Of a stretch of 64,000 nucleotides of DNA, positions 52,358 to 64,000 are shown in pieces. Below the pieces are notes generated by a model. That model saw nothing but the letters and a program-made list of their open reading frames with translations, was not told where the DNA came from and ran no database searches. The first letter of the stretch is position 1. The number at the start of each line of letters is the position of its first letter. The position numbers and the translations under genes are program-made. Source of the DNA: Adineta vaga (lineage: Eukaryota > Animalia > Rotifera); the NCBI GenBank assembly GCA_021613535.1, contig CP075497.1, forward strand, positions 1,860,001 through 1,924,000, given 5' to 3'.

Positions 52358-54514
52358 ATGATTAAATTTCAATTGATAATATTCTTTACATTAATAATTG
52401 GAGTTTATACTCGATGTAAGTTTATTCAATTGTTTAGAAAGAAATAAATAAATCAATTGATTTTTATCTTTAGTTTTCGAATATGAATTACCAAATCGAA
52501 CGATAACAATATGTCCAAGTTATTCATTAATAACTCTTGAATGTCCTCAAATTCCATCGATATTAGATCAACATTCATGGCGACCAACTCTTCCGAAATA
52601 TTTAATATCAATTGATTATATTCGTTCCTTTCCATTACGTCTTGGTTTTGATCCTCGATCATGTCAACCAGATGTAAATCATGCTTGTTATAATTACGAT
52701 TTACGTTATATCAATACGTTATGTAATGGAAAACCTCAATGTTCGGATATATCTGCTTATCAAATACGTGAACGAAGTTTATGTGCTTTTAAAGCTGTAA
52801 CTGAAATTGGCTTTCATTGTGTTCCAACATGGAATTTACCGGAAATTCAGACGAAATGTGACATATGTCAAAATACTTCAATCACAAGTGATTATGGTTT
52901 TATTTATTCACGAAATTATCCATTAAAAACAGTTCGTACATCTTGTTTTACAACAATTTATGCTCGCCCAAATCATAAAATAATTCTTTATTTTGTCGAT
53001 GGAGAATTAAATCATGATCAATTACGAATTGAAAGTGTTACAGCGAATAGTATATCAATATTAAATATAAGTTTAAATGGAAATTTAACTACACAACGAT
53101 TAGCAGCATCGATTCATGAAATGAAAATTACATTTCTTCCAAGTCAAATTTATTCTTATCATCCAACTTATTATTTACTTTATTTTTATATGATACCGAT
53201 TTGTTCAATTACTGAACCATGTTTACCTTTACCACCATCGATCTTATCAACCACACCTTTTTATCCCACAGGAACAACAAATCGAATGAGAATTCAATCA
53301 ATTGGATGGATGAAAATACCAAGTAGAAAGAAAAGATTTCTTCTAAATATTCATTTCTCTTTTTATTTTGTTTATAGACTTATGGATTGTTATTCCAATT
53401 ATTCTTGCTTATATTTTACTTTTACTTTTAATCGTTGTTCTCGCACTTTTATTACAGTAAGTCAAATCTTCATTGATAAACTTAATTCTAAATCAAATCT
53501 TTCAGACGACGTCGTAAACAACGGAAATTATCGGAAGATTTACGAAAAGCACCAATCTCCTCGCGATATTTAAATGCAAGTGGTACTTCAAGTCGAGCAC
53601 AATTAGTAACACCATTACCACCTCCTCCTCTTCCTCCTCTCAATAATCCAGATCTTAACTATGGCACTCATTCATCACGTCGTCATCGTCAAATGAGTGT
53701 ATCACAAAGTACTCATCAACCATTTCCAACATCTTCATTTGTTCAAAATTCCGATCGATATTATCGTTCAAGTCGAAGTGATTTTGATCTTCATCAAAAT
53801 AATTCCAATGGAATCAATTCTCATTTTCATACATCCATACCTTCACGTACTGCTCATCCTCGAACATTTAATGAAAATCCTCGTGGTTATGATACAATTG
53901 ATCATACATCAACGAATCAACGTCGTCGTGCAATACCAAAATCATTTTCTGATTGTGATTTATGTAAACGACGTGTAATTGATGAAGAATATGAAGAATA
54001 TTTAAATAAACATCATGAAGATGATAATTGGCGATTAGAAAATACGAATTCTCAACGTCGAATGGAACCTCGACCTTATCGAGATAAAATCAAAGAACGT
54101 GTTCGTGAACGTTTAACTGTTCGACAAATTCCTAATGATGAATATGTACCATCAGCAACATCGACAGTTGAATATTCAACAGTTTTACCACGTCATCAAA
54201 GGATTTCAAGTGAATCCAATCAATCTCTTCGACAATTACCATTTGAATATATTCCCCATGAAAAATCTTCCACAACTGAACGTTTAACAACAGCAACAAC
54301 AACAAATAATCTTCCAATCACTGAAAATCATGCACGAATATTTACACGGAAATTTTATGAACATGATGATAATGATACAAGAAATCGTCATTTTCCCGAT
54401 ACACGTGAAATTCAAGAAATGTCGCTTAAAATGAATGAACAACAGAATTTCACTCGACAACCATATTATCATCCTCAACAAAAACATTTTAATGAAAATA
54501 CAAGTGAAATTTAA
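52358..54514 (+). CDS. Type I membrane protein with SUEL-lectin-like and CUB-like ectodomains and a long disordered tail
   Basis: Signal exon; Cys-rich region (LECP, CNGKPQC), CUB-like GFIYSRNYP...C..TIYARPNHKIILYF; TM LWIVIPIILAYILLLLLIVVLALLL; Pro-rich cytoplasmic segment continuing into ORF 53693..54514. Confidence 0.7.
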
Positions 54515-55318
54515 GTTTTTTTTTCTTCTTCTGTTCATGGTCAATGTAAATGTCTTCATCTCTTTTTGAAATGTAACTCTCAGACAAAAAACCTTGAATT
54601 TCAATTTACAATGTGACATACAAAATCATTTGACACTTATTACATAGATAATCTTTCAATCGAATCATTCATCTTTTTTTCTTTGATTGATTCGAAAGAA
54701 GAAAAAAAATGAAAGAATGAATGATTGTGATTATTCAACTAGATCAAGTGGTTTTCCCTCTCCTATTGTTAATCTATGTAAATATCTTGTTAAATGTCAA
54801 TATTAACATAAGAAGATTGAAACAAAGCCATGTTCATATTAATTATGAATATTCAGTTCACTGTTCTTTTACACCTTAAGAAATCTGTTTTATTTTCAAC
54901 TCACAAAAGATTTCAACGTAAACATCCAGTAGAAGAAAGATCATATTTGTACTGTTTCTCTCTTTCTGTATTGAACAAATCTTATGTGTTCCTACAGATT
55001 ATTATCGTGTTTTAATTACAGTTAAGATTTTTTGTTTGTGTTGATCTTGATTATCATAGAAAGCACTCTAAGGTCATTTTCTTAATGCTTTTGGCATGAA
55101 GACAACTTGGATTCTACTTCTGAACAAGAATGACATTTTCATTTGATAGTCGATTATTGAAATTGAAAAGTTTAGCTCAAAGCTTCTTTTCTTTTGAATA
55201 TACTAATTAGATATACTTTGTAAAACGAGATAAATTCATTATTATTTATTAATAAAATGTTTTTTTGTCATAAACTACTCTGTGTGACATAAAAAAACAT
55301 TCTGAGAAAAGTGCATTC

Positions 55319-56383
55319 ATGTCGTCAACATCCAATACAACTCAAATTGAATCTTCAATTCCTTCAAATCGAATAATAATATTCTATATTTATATATTTC
55401 TATTGATTCCATCATTTCTATGTTCATTTTCAATCTTCTATTATGTTATTCGAATGCCACAATTACGAAAACAACACGTTAATCATACTATTCTTTTATT
55501 ATCATTCGTTTTATTTATTGAGGTAAGTTATATCAACATTTCAATTCATTTTCATCCTTTTTTTTTGTTGCTACTCTAGGCTTTAACCGATCTACCCATT
55601 CGTTTATATTATCTCCATGAAAATACAGTTCTTATTCATACAGGTGCATTTTGTATGTTTTGGAATTGGGAAGCTTCAGTTTTAAATATCATTGGATTAC
55701 ATTTAATAGCATTTGCATCTATTGAACGGCATCTCTTTGTTTTTCATAATCAATTTCTTACGCGACATCGTTTATTATTTTCAATTCTTCCAATGATATT
55801 TAGTATCATTTATCCATTAGGATTCTATACAGCAATTGTTTTTGGTTCATGGTGGTGTACAAATACTTATGATTATTCTTCATTAGCTTGTGGCGCACCT
55901 TGTTATTTGATTACGTCAACATTTTTTCCATTTTTTGGAATTTTAACACATCATGTTCTACCAGTATTTATAGTTCTATTTGCGAATTCAATAATTGTTA
56001 TTCGTGTTTGGTATCAAAAAACTCAAATGCATCGAGCAAATGTTTGGCGAAAAAATATTCGTATGAGTATTCAATTATTTTCAATTGCATTTACATATTT
56101 AATTGTATGGATTCCTCAATGTATTTTATTCTTGTTACTTTCATTAGGAACTAGTCATCTTCAAGCGTTATCTGGCTGGTTAATTTATGAATATACGGGT
56201 AATTTTACTTCATTTACTGTTGTATTTTGTCCATTTGTTGTATTGGCTGGTCTTCCTCAATTACGTCACCGAATGAAACAAGACTTTACAAAGGTTTTCT
56301 CTCGTCCAAATGCCGTAAATCCAAATACAAGGGAACTTGCCAATAATATGAGACAAATAAGACTAACACAGGAAAATCAATAA
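55319..56383 (+). CDS. Class A (rhodopsin-like) orphan GPCR, 2 exons
   Basis: Seven hydrophobic segments; FC at the top of TM3, ASIERH (DRY equivalent), YLIVWIP, CPFV. Confidence 0.82.
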
Positions 56384-56461
56384 AATATTTTGATTTTGTT
56401 TTCATTGTATTCTTATTGTTTGTTTTGAATAAATCGACATTTATTAGCAATGAAGTGTTCT

Positions 56462-57624
56462 TTATATTGAACTGTTTTTATTTACATGTAATTCTTTTTG
56501 CTCTTTTATTAATGCTTCATTTTCAGTTCGACGTCGTACACATAGATCTGTAATAAGAACAGGTGATTTTCCATAACAAGGTAAAACTTTAGTTGTTTCA
56601 ATATGAATTTTGCCAGGCGCTACACAATATTGACCAGCTAATGGAAGAAACCAAAACCAATGATCATCTCTTAATGCTGCAAATATATAAAAGCAAGCAG
56701 CGATAAAATAAAGTATATCAGCAGTCACATATAAGTCGTCTGTATTGTATAGTTCGGGATGAAGATTGATTCGTATATAATATATGACATACATAAATGA
56801 AGCAGTCGTCGTCGTTACGTATGCAGTAGTATCTGGATCATCGAATGTAAATCCACGACCTAATGTTCGGATATAAGTCATATACCAAGACATGATCCTA
56901 TAAAAATAATATTTATTGCACACAACTACACCTCCCTCATCCTTATTCGTGTAAAATTGTTTTTAACTTACCATCCAAATGATGCAATTAGTTCAATTAT
57001 TGATGCAGCCATTTCTATCCTGTGCACTGCAATTGTATATGAACCACCAAGAGTATCTTGTTTTGGATACAACATAGCTGACCATATATATAATGTAGCT
57101 GCTATTACATTCAAATATTCAGGTATCATAATAATATTTAGCCACGATTGATCGCGCCATGCCCATATATAAGTAAAAGCTGATATTAAGTGAATAATGT
57201 TAAAAACTAAAAACTAAATTTTTTTTCAATACTTAGTAAAATACGAATATCATTTACCAAGATAAAGTCGATTAGTCAACAGAGTATGGTGTACAGGTTG
57301 ATCAAGAATTGAAATTGAGGGTGTTGTCATTATATTACTGAACGATTCTCCAATAGACGTAATTGATGATTCATCAAACGAATGAAAACTCGTAATTAAC
57401 ATTCCAATTGCATAACCAAGATATATAAGATTAGCAAACATATACCGACTACGTAGTGTTTTTCGAAAACATATTGGTATTCGTGTTCGTATCTGTTTCC
57501 AAGTCAATGCTTGCCAAATCGAATCAAATGATTGTTGTTCATAAAAAGGTGCTGTTGGATCTAATGTATCATCATCAGAATTATCTTTTCGAACAAGTAT
57601 TCGTTTTTCATCATCAGAACGCAT
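56462..57624 (-). CDS. Multi-pass membrane protein of unknown function, 3 exons
   Basis: ORFs 57250..57651 and 56462..56923 are bridged by a middle exon (HLISAFTYIWAW...PEYLNVIAATLY); several TM segments. Confidence 0.65.
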
Positions 57625-58292
57625 CTTTCTTTTTTTACCAAAATGCCCCAATCATGTAAAGAAAATATTTTTCTCTTCGTTCTCAATGACACGAAATATA
57701 TTCACACGTGTCGTAGGTATGAAAAGAAATCTGTTTATCGTATAGGTGAAATATATTGATACAAACGAGGTTTGAATGAATCAAATAGCATAGACATATT
57801 TAGTCACACTTTTTCCTCTTTATGAGTATTAAAAAAAAACAGTGAAAACGTTCGATGATGAAAAAAAATGATCTTGAACTCATCATGTTTTGTAATGTGG
57901 ACTGACGTTCATTTATGAAAGAAAATTGATGAATTGATTAAAAATAAAACTTATTGAAAGATATCAAATTTCAACTGTCGTTTAACTCAATTCAATATAA
58001 TAAACTCATTCATCAAGGACAATTATTAAGATAAAAAAAAAAGCATAAAATCCTGTTCATGAGTAAATATTAACATAGCTTGTTTTTCCTGACAATTTAT
58101 ATCAAGCACAAACATCTGCTGTCAAATAATATGTATTGATCAGTAAAATATCACGCATTTCCTTTATTCATCACAGACATTATCTATATTTATTTTCATT
58201 TTTCTCGCATTTTCCAGGTAGAATTTTCTACAAATATAAATACAATAAAATCCAAGCAGATTTGCTATCAGTTTAGAAACAAAACTTACACA

Positions 58293-58943
58293 ATGAAGTT
58301 AGTTCTTGTTTTTGCTTTATGTTTATTAGTAAGTTCACTTTTTTTGCTTTGAAAATTATAAATTTCTTATGAATATATAGATCTGTTATATTCATACAAC
58401 ATCAAGTGAATCATCCGGAGCAAAGAAACAAGCATCAACAAAAGATAAAGTAAAAAAACCTGACAATGTTCATTCAAAAGCAAAAGACAAAACTAAAGCC
58501 CATGGAAAACCACCAATCAATCGAGATGGAACAAAAGAGAAACGAACACCTCAAAGTAAATCTTTTATTATCTTAATTCAAAACTTTCTTTCTAAAATTT
58601 CGTTTCAGTTCGAACTCCATTCGATAAAGTTCTTGATAAATTATCAAAATGTGCCTTATCATCATCAGCATCACCATCATTAATTGAAGTTATGGAAGAA
58701 AATCTTAAAGAACTTCAAACCGATGAGAAATATCGCTCACTTTTCAATGCAGCTCCACATGTAGCTACTTTCTTGAAAAAACAAAGAAAAGATTCAAGTA
58801 AATTTATTCCTGGTTTACAACAAGCTTTGAATGCTGATTGGTCAAATCCAGCATGGAAATCCGCAGATGAAATTGAAACACTTTTTCGTCCATTAAAACA
58901 ACAATTTGTCTATGCAATGATGAGATTTAATTGTACATCTTAA
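58293..58943 (+). CDS. Secreted protein with Lys-rich N-terminal region, unknown function, 3 exons
   Basis: MKLVLVFALCLL|ICYIHT signal peptide; basic low-complexity exon; helical C-terminal exon (ORF 58692..58943). Confidence 0.65.
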
Positions 58944-59018
58944 TTTCTTATGAAAAACAAAAACAGAAACGAAAAAGAACTTCTGATTTCGTGATTACAA
59001 TACATTTTATTTAAAAAT

Positions 59019-61176
59019 TTATTCTTTCTTTAAAATACAATTTACATATTGTTCAATACGTTTATTCATATTTTCTACATTGATTTGATATTGACTTGAT
59101 AAGATCTTTGCTAATTCACTTGATAACTCAATTTTTTCTTTAAAAATCACAATTTCACTTGCATATTTTTCATAAAGACGACGTTGTTGTTTTGATACTT
59201 TACTCATAATCATTGTTAAAGGATCATTTATTTTCTTTTCTTTTTCTGATCGAATTTCTTCAAAATCAATTCCACAAATTCCTTTTCTATTATCTCGTCT
59301 TACGAGTATATTCCACGTTCCTGAATCGCCAATATTTACTAAATATCGAAGATACATATGTTGTAAACATGCTGGAAGTATTTCTTTATTTTCATTTCGA
59401 AAATTTGATTCATCTTTCTCTAATTCATTTAAACGATTGACATGTGAACCACGGCGAAGAACTTTAACATTACTTTCAACTTTAGTTGTAACTATTTCAT
59501 ACTGATCTTCATCTATTGATAATTGTCCTAATGTTTTTTGCTTTAAATAATAATCATTTGTATTCGTTATTTTAATAATTGAATGCCAATCAACAATAGA
59601 TCGATATTGATCAGGAATTTTCAAATGTTCTTCTAAGATTAATAACGCACGAGTAAAATGTAGATTATAAAGAAATCTTTTACGATCACCGGGACAATTA
59701 GATGAATATGGACCTTTGTAAATGTAATCTGTTGATATAAAAACAGCTTTTTTACGTTCACTTGTTCGACGTTGACCATGAGAAAGTTTAGATAATTCAT
59801 CAATGATGAACGATTTAGGTTTTGTATCAAGTTGATAACCTAGATGAATTATTTCCGCATCGAAATCATCATCAATCATCTGTTTTTGTTCAATATCTAC
59901 CTAAAAGATAATAATAATGCAAATTGTGATCATAGAAAATCGTGTTATTTTACTTTAATTTGTTTCTTTGTGGTACTACTTTCTTTTTCATTTGAACTTT
60001 TTCTTTTTGTTTTCTTCTTTAATTTTTCTTCTTCTTCGTCGTTATCAATCATAATTTTAAATTCTTGATACATTTTTCGATATTTTTCATTGAATAAATC
60101 TTTACATTCATTAGTCACTTGTGCACCTTCAATAGCAAAATCGTTTCTCGATGTTGCAACACCTGTATGTCGATCAAATACAAATGAATCTAATTCAATT
60201 GTTATATTTTCATTTAAATGCTCTTGATATAATCGATCGACATCAACATCTATTAAATCCATTGTTTGCTGATCTATTTTTCGAATCATATCTTCATAAA
60301 TAACAAATGCCATTGCATGATATAAATATAAATAATGTTCTTTATGTTTTAATGTTTTATAGAAGAATGCAAGAGCTTTTGTACTCTCTGGAAATGGTGA
60401 TTTTTGTATAAGATATGGCCAAAGTTGCTTTGTGATTAATGTTTGATCATCTCTTTGAAATAAAATGGATAGATAAGCAAAAGCAAGTTCAGATTTATTT
60501 GAAAGATGTTCAATAATTAATTCATACAATTGTTGTTTCTGAGAAAAAACTAATATAAAACAAAAAATCATTTTCTCTAACTTACTGTTTTTCCTTTACA
60601 TTGATTTCCATACATAATATCAATGAGTTGAGTCATTTGAAATTTTTCTAATAATTTCCGATGTAAATTAGTTTTATCTGTTAAATATTCTGGAAGATTA
60701 TAAACTGTTCGAAGATCACTCAACAATCGTATACGTTGAGTTTTATCATTGGCTAAACAATGATAAAGTTCCACAAGAAGTTTTCGACTCGAATTTTCTC
60801 GACGATTTTGAATCCATTGTAAATATAATTTATGTATTCGACTTGGTAAATGAATATTACATGGACCTACATCTTCACTCATCATAGCAATAAGACGATT
60901 GATCATATTCGAACGCATTCGTATAGCATTCTGTTGAATTTGTTTTTCAGTTATTTGACATTTCGGATATAAATTAGGTTTCATTTCAAACAAAGAGAAG
61001 AGATCAAGTTCAATTAAACACCAAAGACCTTTGGGAGAAAACATTGCTCGACGAGCATATTTCTGTATTGCACTTTTTAAAATTCGTGTATCAACATTAT
61101 GAAAACTTCGTTCACGATGAAGAATAATACACATAGAACCAATTTCATCAGTTCTTTTTTCAATCACTTTTGACAT
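59019..61176 (-). CDS. Uncharacterised 685-aa protein: MgsA/RarA-C-like helical domain + atypical kinase-like domain; exons 61176-60586, 60538-59954, 59900-59019
   Basis: Three ORFs join via phase-0 GT-AG introns; LKSAIQKYARR, RLIAMMSEDVG, VFDRHTG; YIYKGPY, IGDSGTWNILV, GIDFEE. Confidence 0.75.
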
Positions 61177-61509
61177 TCTTTACCAAACAAATGATTAGAA
61201 AATGAATATGACAACGTATTTTATACATGAATGTTACTTGTCAATTGTGAAATATTTATTTCGCAATTACATCGACATGACTATTATAAAAAAGAGTATG
61301 GATTGGTGTGTTTTTTTTCTTTCTCATTTTGTTTAACAGAACGGAAGATGGTGTATACAAATGAAGTGATACTGACATGTACCTTTTATAGAATTTGATT
61401 GTGTAGAATTTCGACTAAATGATTTTTATGATTTATATATTAAGCTATGAAATATCATTAGACATAATTACCAGTTTCTATTAACTATCTTTCTTGTAGC
61501 GACCAACTA

Positions 61510-61671
61510 ATCAATGATGAACATTCATTTTTTTTCTATTTCAAAGAATATTACCTTGTTGACAACATTCTTGAGCTGATTGAAGTAAAAGAAGATCATA
61601 ATCCATTCTCATTCGTTGGGCTTGCATACCAATTGATGGTAAATATGTTTGATCAATTAATAAATGAACTT
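61510..61671. repeat. Direct partial duplicate of 62662-62914 with a 90-bp internal deletion
   Basis: Near-identical sequence in the same orientation; includes the exon/intron junction of the KH gene. Confidence 0.93.
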
Positions 61672-62076
61672 AGACAATTTTGAGGAAAAAAGACAAAAAA
61701 TCGTGTTTGATTATCGGAAGAAATAAAGATTGATGAGCTTTTACGATGGTACACACCAAAATTCTGATCGAGTAGCTTTTTTTCCAATGACTCTTCTTGT
61801 ACCTTGTTCTTTAGTTTCCCATCTTGATACATTATCTAGTGTGTAAAAGATACTTTCAAATTGGATAAGTGAGTGTAATCTTATATCGTTTTCTTTTTTC
61901 TTAAGTAGTCAAATGAATATCAAATATCTGATTCTTTCTTTGAGAAATACATATTTTCTAAAGAAATAGTATTTCTTGGTTCTTTTTTTACCTCTCATGA
62001 AAAAATACATACACTCATAAAAGAAACAAGATAAAAACCTGAGAAAAACAAAATTTAGTCACTTAAAGTCAATCTT

Positions 62077-63515
62077 TCATATTTTCTGTATTTTTCCTGC
62101 ATCTTTTTTCGTTAAATCATCTCCAACAATGTCATCATCACTGTTATTAATCATCAATAATTTTCTTATTGCTTGTAAAGCATTATTGACTTGCTGTTGA
62201 CTTCCTTGAACATTCACCATTCGTTTTCGTCGATCACCATTTTCATCATTCATATCACTAATATTAACAATTGCACCAGTTTCACGTTGTAATTGTTGAA
62301 TTCGTTCACCTTTTGGTCCTAGCAAAGCTCCTGCTTGCATATCGGTAATAGGAAGTGTTTGACGAATTGAAACTGGCATAAGAACACGATCAAAATGTTG
62401 TTGAGACGAAGATGATGGAATTGGATTGTTTGAAAGTTGAAAATAATTTGTAGATTGAGGAGGAAATAAAGGATTTTGTTTCGTAGTTTCATCGTTGATT
62501 GATACAGGATTGACTAGTGGAATATCTGAATAGCCATAATAGAGATGAATTTTTGTTCGATTATAATTAATTGGAATGTATGGAATGAATGAAACTGGTA
62601 TAACTAAAAACAAAAGTATTCTTATATTTTGAATCGTTCTAACAAAAAATGAATTAAATTGATCAATGGTCAACATTCATTTTTTTTCTTATTTCAAAGA
62701 ATATTACCTTGTTGACAACAAATTGTATAGATTTCTTCTAAACATAACATCAGCTTGACAGCATCTTTACAAATAATTCGAACAACTCGTTCACTTGATT
62801 GTGGACAACATTCTTGAGCTGGTTGAAGTAAAAGAAGATCATAATCCATTCTCATTCGTTGGGCTTGCATACCAATTGATGGTAAATATGTTTGATCAAT
62901 TAATATACGAACTTCTTCATCATTACCTAATAGTTCACTAAGTAAATCAAATGGACAAACAAGAATACATTCAGCTGTTTGACAATCAATTCTTGTAATT
63001 AAATCATTATAAAAGAAGACATCAGATACATATCGATCATGTGGAACAAGTAATCGACACTTTGTATTTGATTTATTGAATGAACGAAGATGTTGTCGTT
63101 GAGGATTTGATAATTTTAATAATTGTAAATCACCTTCGAGTTGACTAGCTCGATCAAAATCAAATGTAAATTCAGCATTACGTAGAGTATTTAAACTGGA
63201 TTCGATATGTGAGAAAGAATGATCAATTGTATCTTGTTCATTCAAAAGATTAATTATTGTCGAACGAAAACGATTTAATTGTTCATAAGCATTGTTTAAT
63301 TCTGAAAGAGATGTTTCATGTGCTGTATTTATTTGATCTAACATTTGTGAACGCCATTGACGTAATGTTTGACGACATGTATCATAACTTGAATCAAGTA
63401 GAGAGAGAGAATCAAGTTGAGTACGAGCTGTTTGAGTACGTGATAGAAGAGTTGAACGACGTTTTTCAAGTAATTCTTCAGGTGTTAATTGTTTAAATTC
63501 GTTCAATGAAGTCAT
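62077..63515 (-). CDS. KH-domain protein, divergent hnRNP K-like, 2 exons (intron 62604-62707)
   Basis: C-terminal KH with AGALLGPKGERIQQLQRETGAIVNI; QECCPQSSERVVRI resembles hnRNP K KH2; N-terminal coiled coil. Confidence 0.8.
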
Positions 63516-64000
63516 AGTAAAAAAAGAATCTATAATAAAACAAAATGTTCAAATGATATTTAGCATCTTCAGATAGTATAAGGTAATAAGGGATAAAAAT
63601 ATGTCTATAATTAAATATAATCTACAAATTCGTTTCTTGTTTACATAACTTCTTACTGTAACTATTGATGTGTGAAGGATTCTTGAATTGCACACATATA
63701 TTATTCAATCTGATATTTTCATAAATAACTAAACTAACTAAAAATGTTCCATAAGCATCATTGATTTGATTAAGTATGTGCGAATACGGTTATTGAAGTT
63801 TTTATCGCCATCTATCATTAAAAAGAATGATCTTTCCTTTACAACGTAAGATAATTTTATTATGATACAATACGAAGAAACCGTCATGCTGTGAAATCCC
63901 TAGAAAATTGGCTAGTTAAATGAATAGTCTTAACTGTGTGATTGTATTTTTTGCTGAGCTATGTCTTATTTTAAGCAATTACATTGATCATAACATTGTA

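Noticed and set aside
1-64000. Prokaryotic origin, operons, CRISPR arrays or rRNA
   Set aside because: Spliceosomal introns and animal-specific genes throughout; no repeat-spacer array or rRNA-like sequence seen.

Overview
AT-rich eukaryotic (metazoan) genomic DNA, not prokaryotic. Most genes are split by very short (~45-60 bp) GT-AG introns, so the supplied ORF track fragments them; I rebuilt about 27 gene models by hand. Typical animal genes (SLC6 transporter, TRPM channel, class A and class B GPCRs, ARID2, hnRNP K-like, alkaline phosphatase, F-box) are interleaved with many bacterial/fungal-looking, intron-poor enzyme genes (two alpha/beta hydrolases, ADP-ribosylglycohydrolase, sirtuin, Dabb, polysaccharide lyase 8, 2OG-Fe(II) oxygenase) and a plant-GLR-like glutamate receptor. 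This mix suggests a bdelloid rotifer (inference only). Main highlights: (1) a spliced ~1014-aa TauD-dioxygenase / ATP-grasp / adenylate-forming-ligase fusion that looks like a one-protein, carrier-free natural-product assembly line; (2) an adjacent ADP-ribosylglycohydrolase + sirtuin pair near a TRPM channel; (3) an intron-containing MgsA-C-like + atypical-kinase-like gene of possible viral or microbial origin; (4) a cleanly bounded, internally deleted hAT transposon with 14-bp TIRs and an 8-bp TSD; (5) a local duplication carrying a 90-bp deletion between 7-bp microhomologies. All family calls come from motif recognition by eye; no database search was run.
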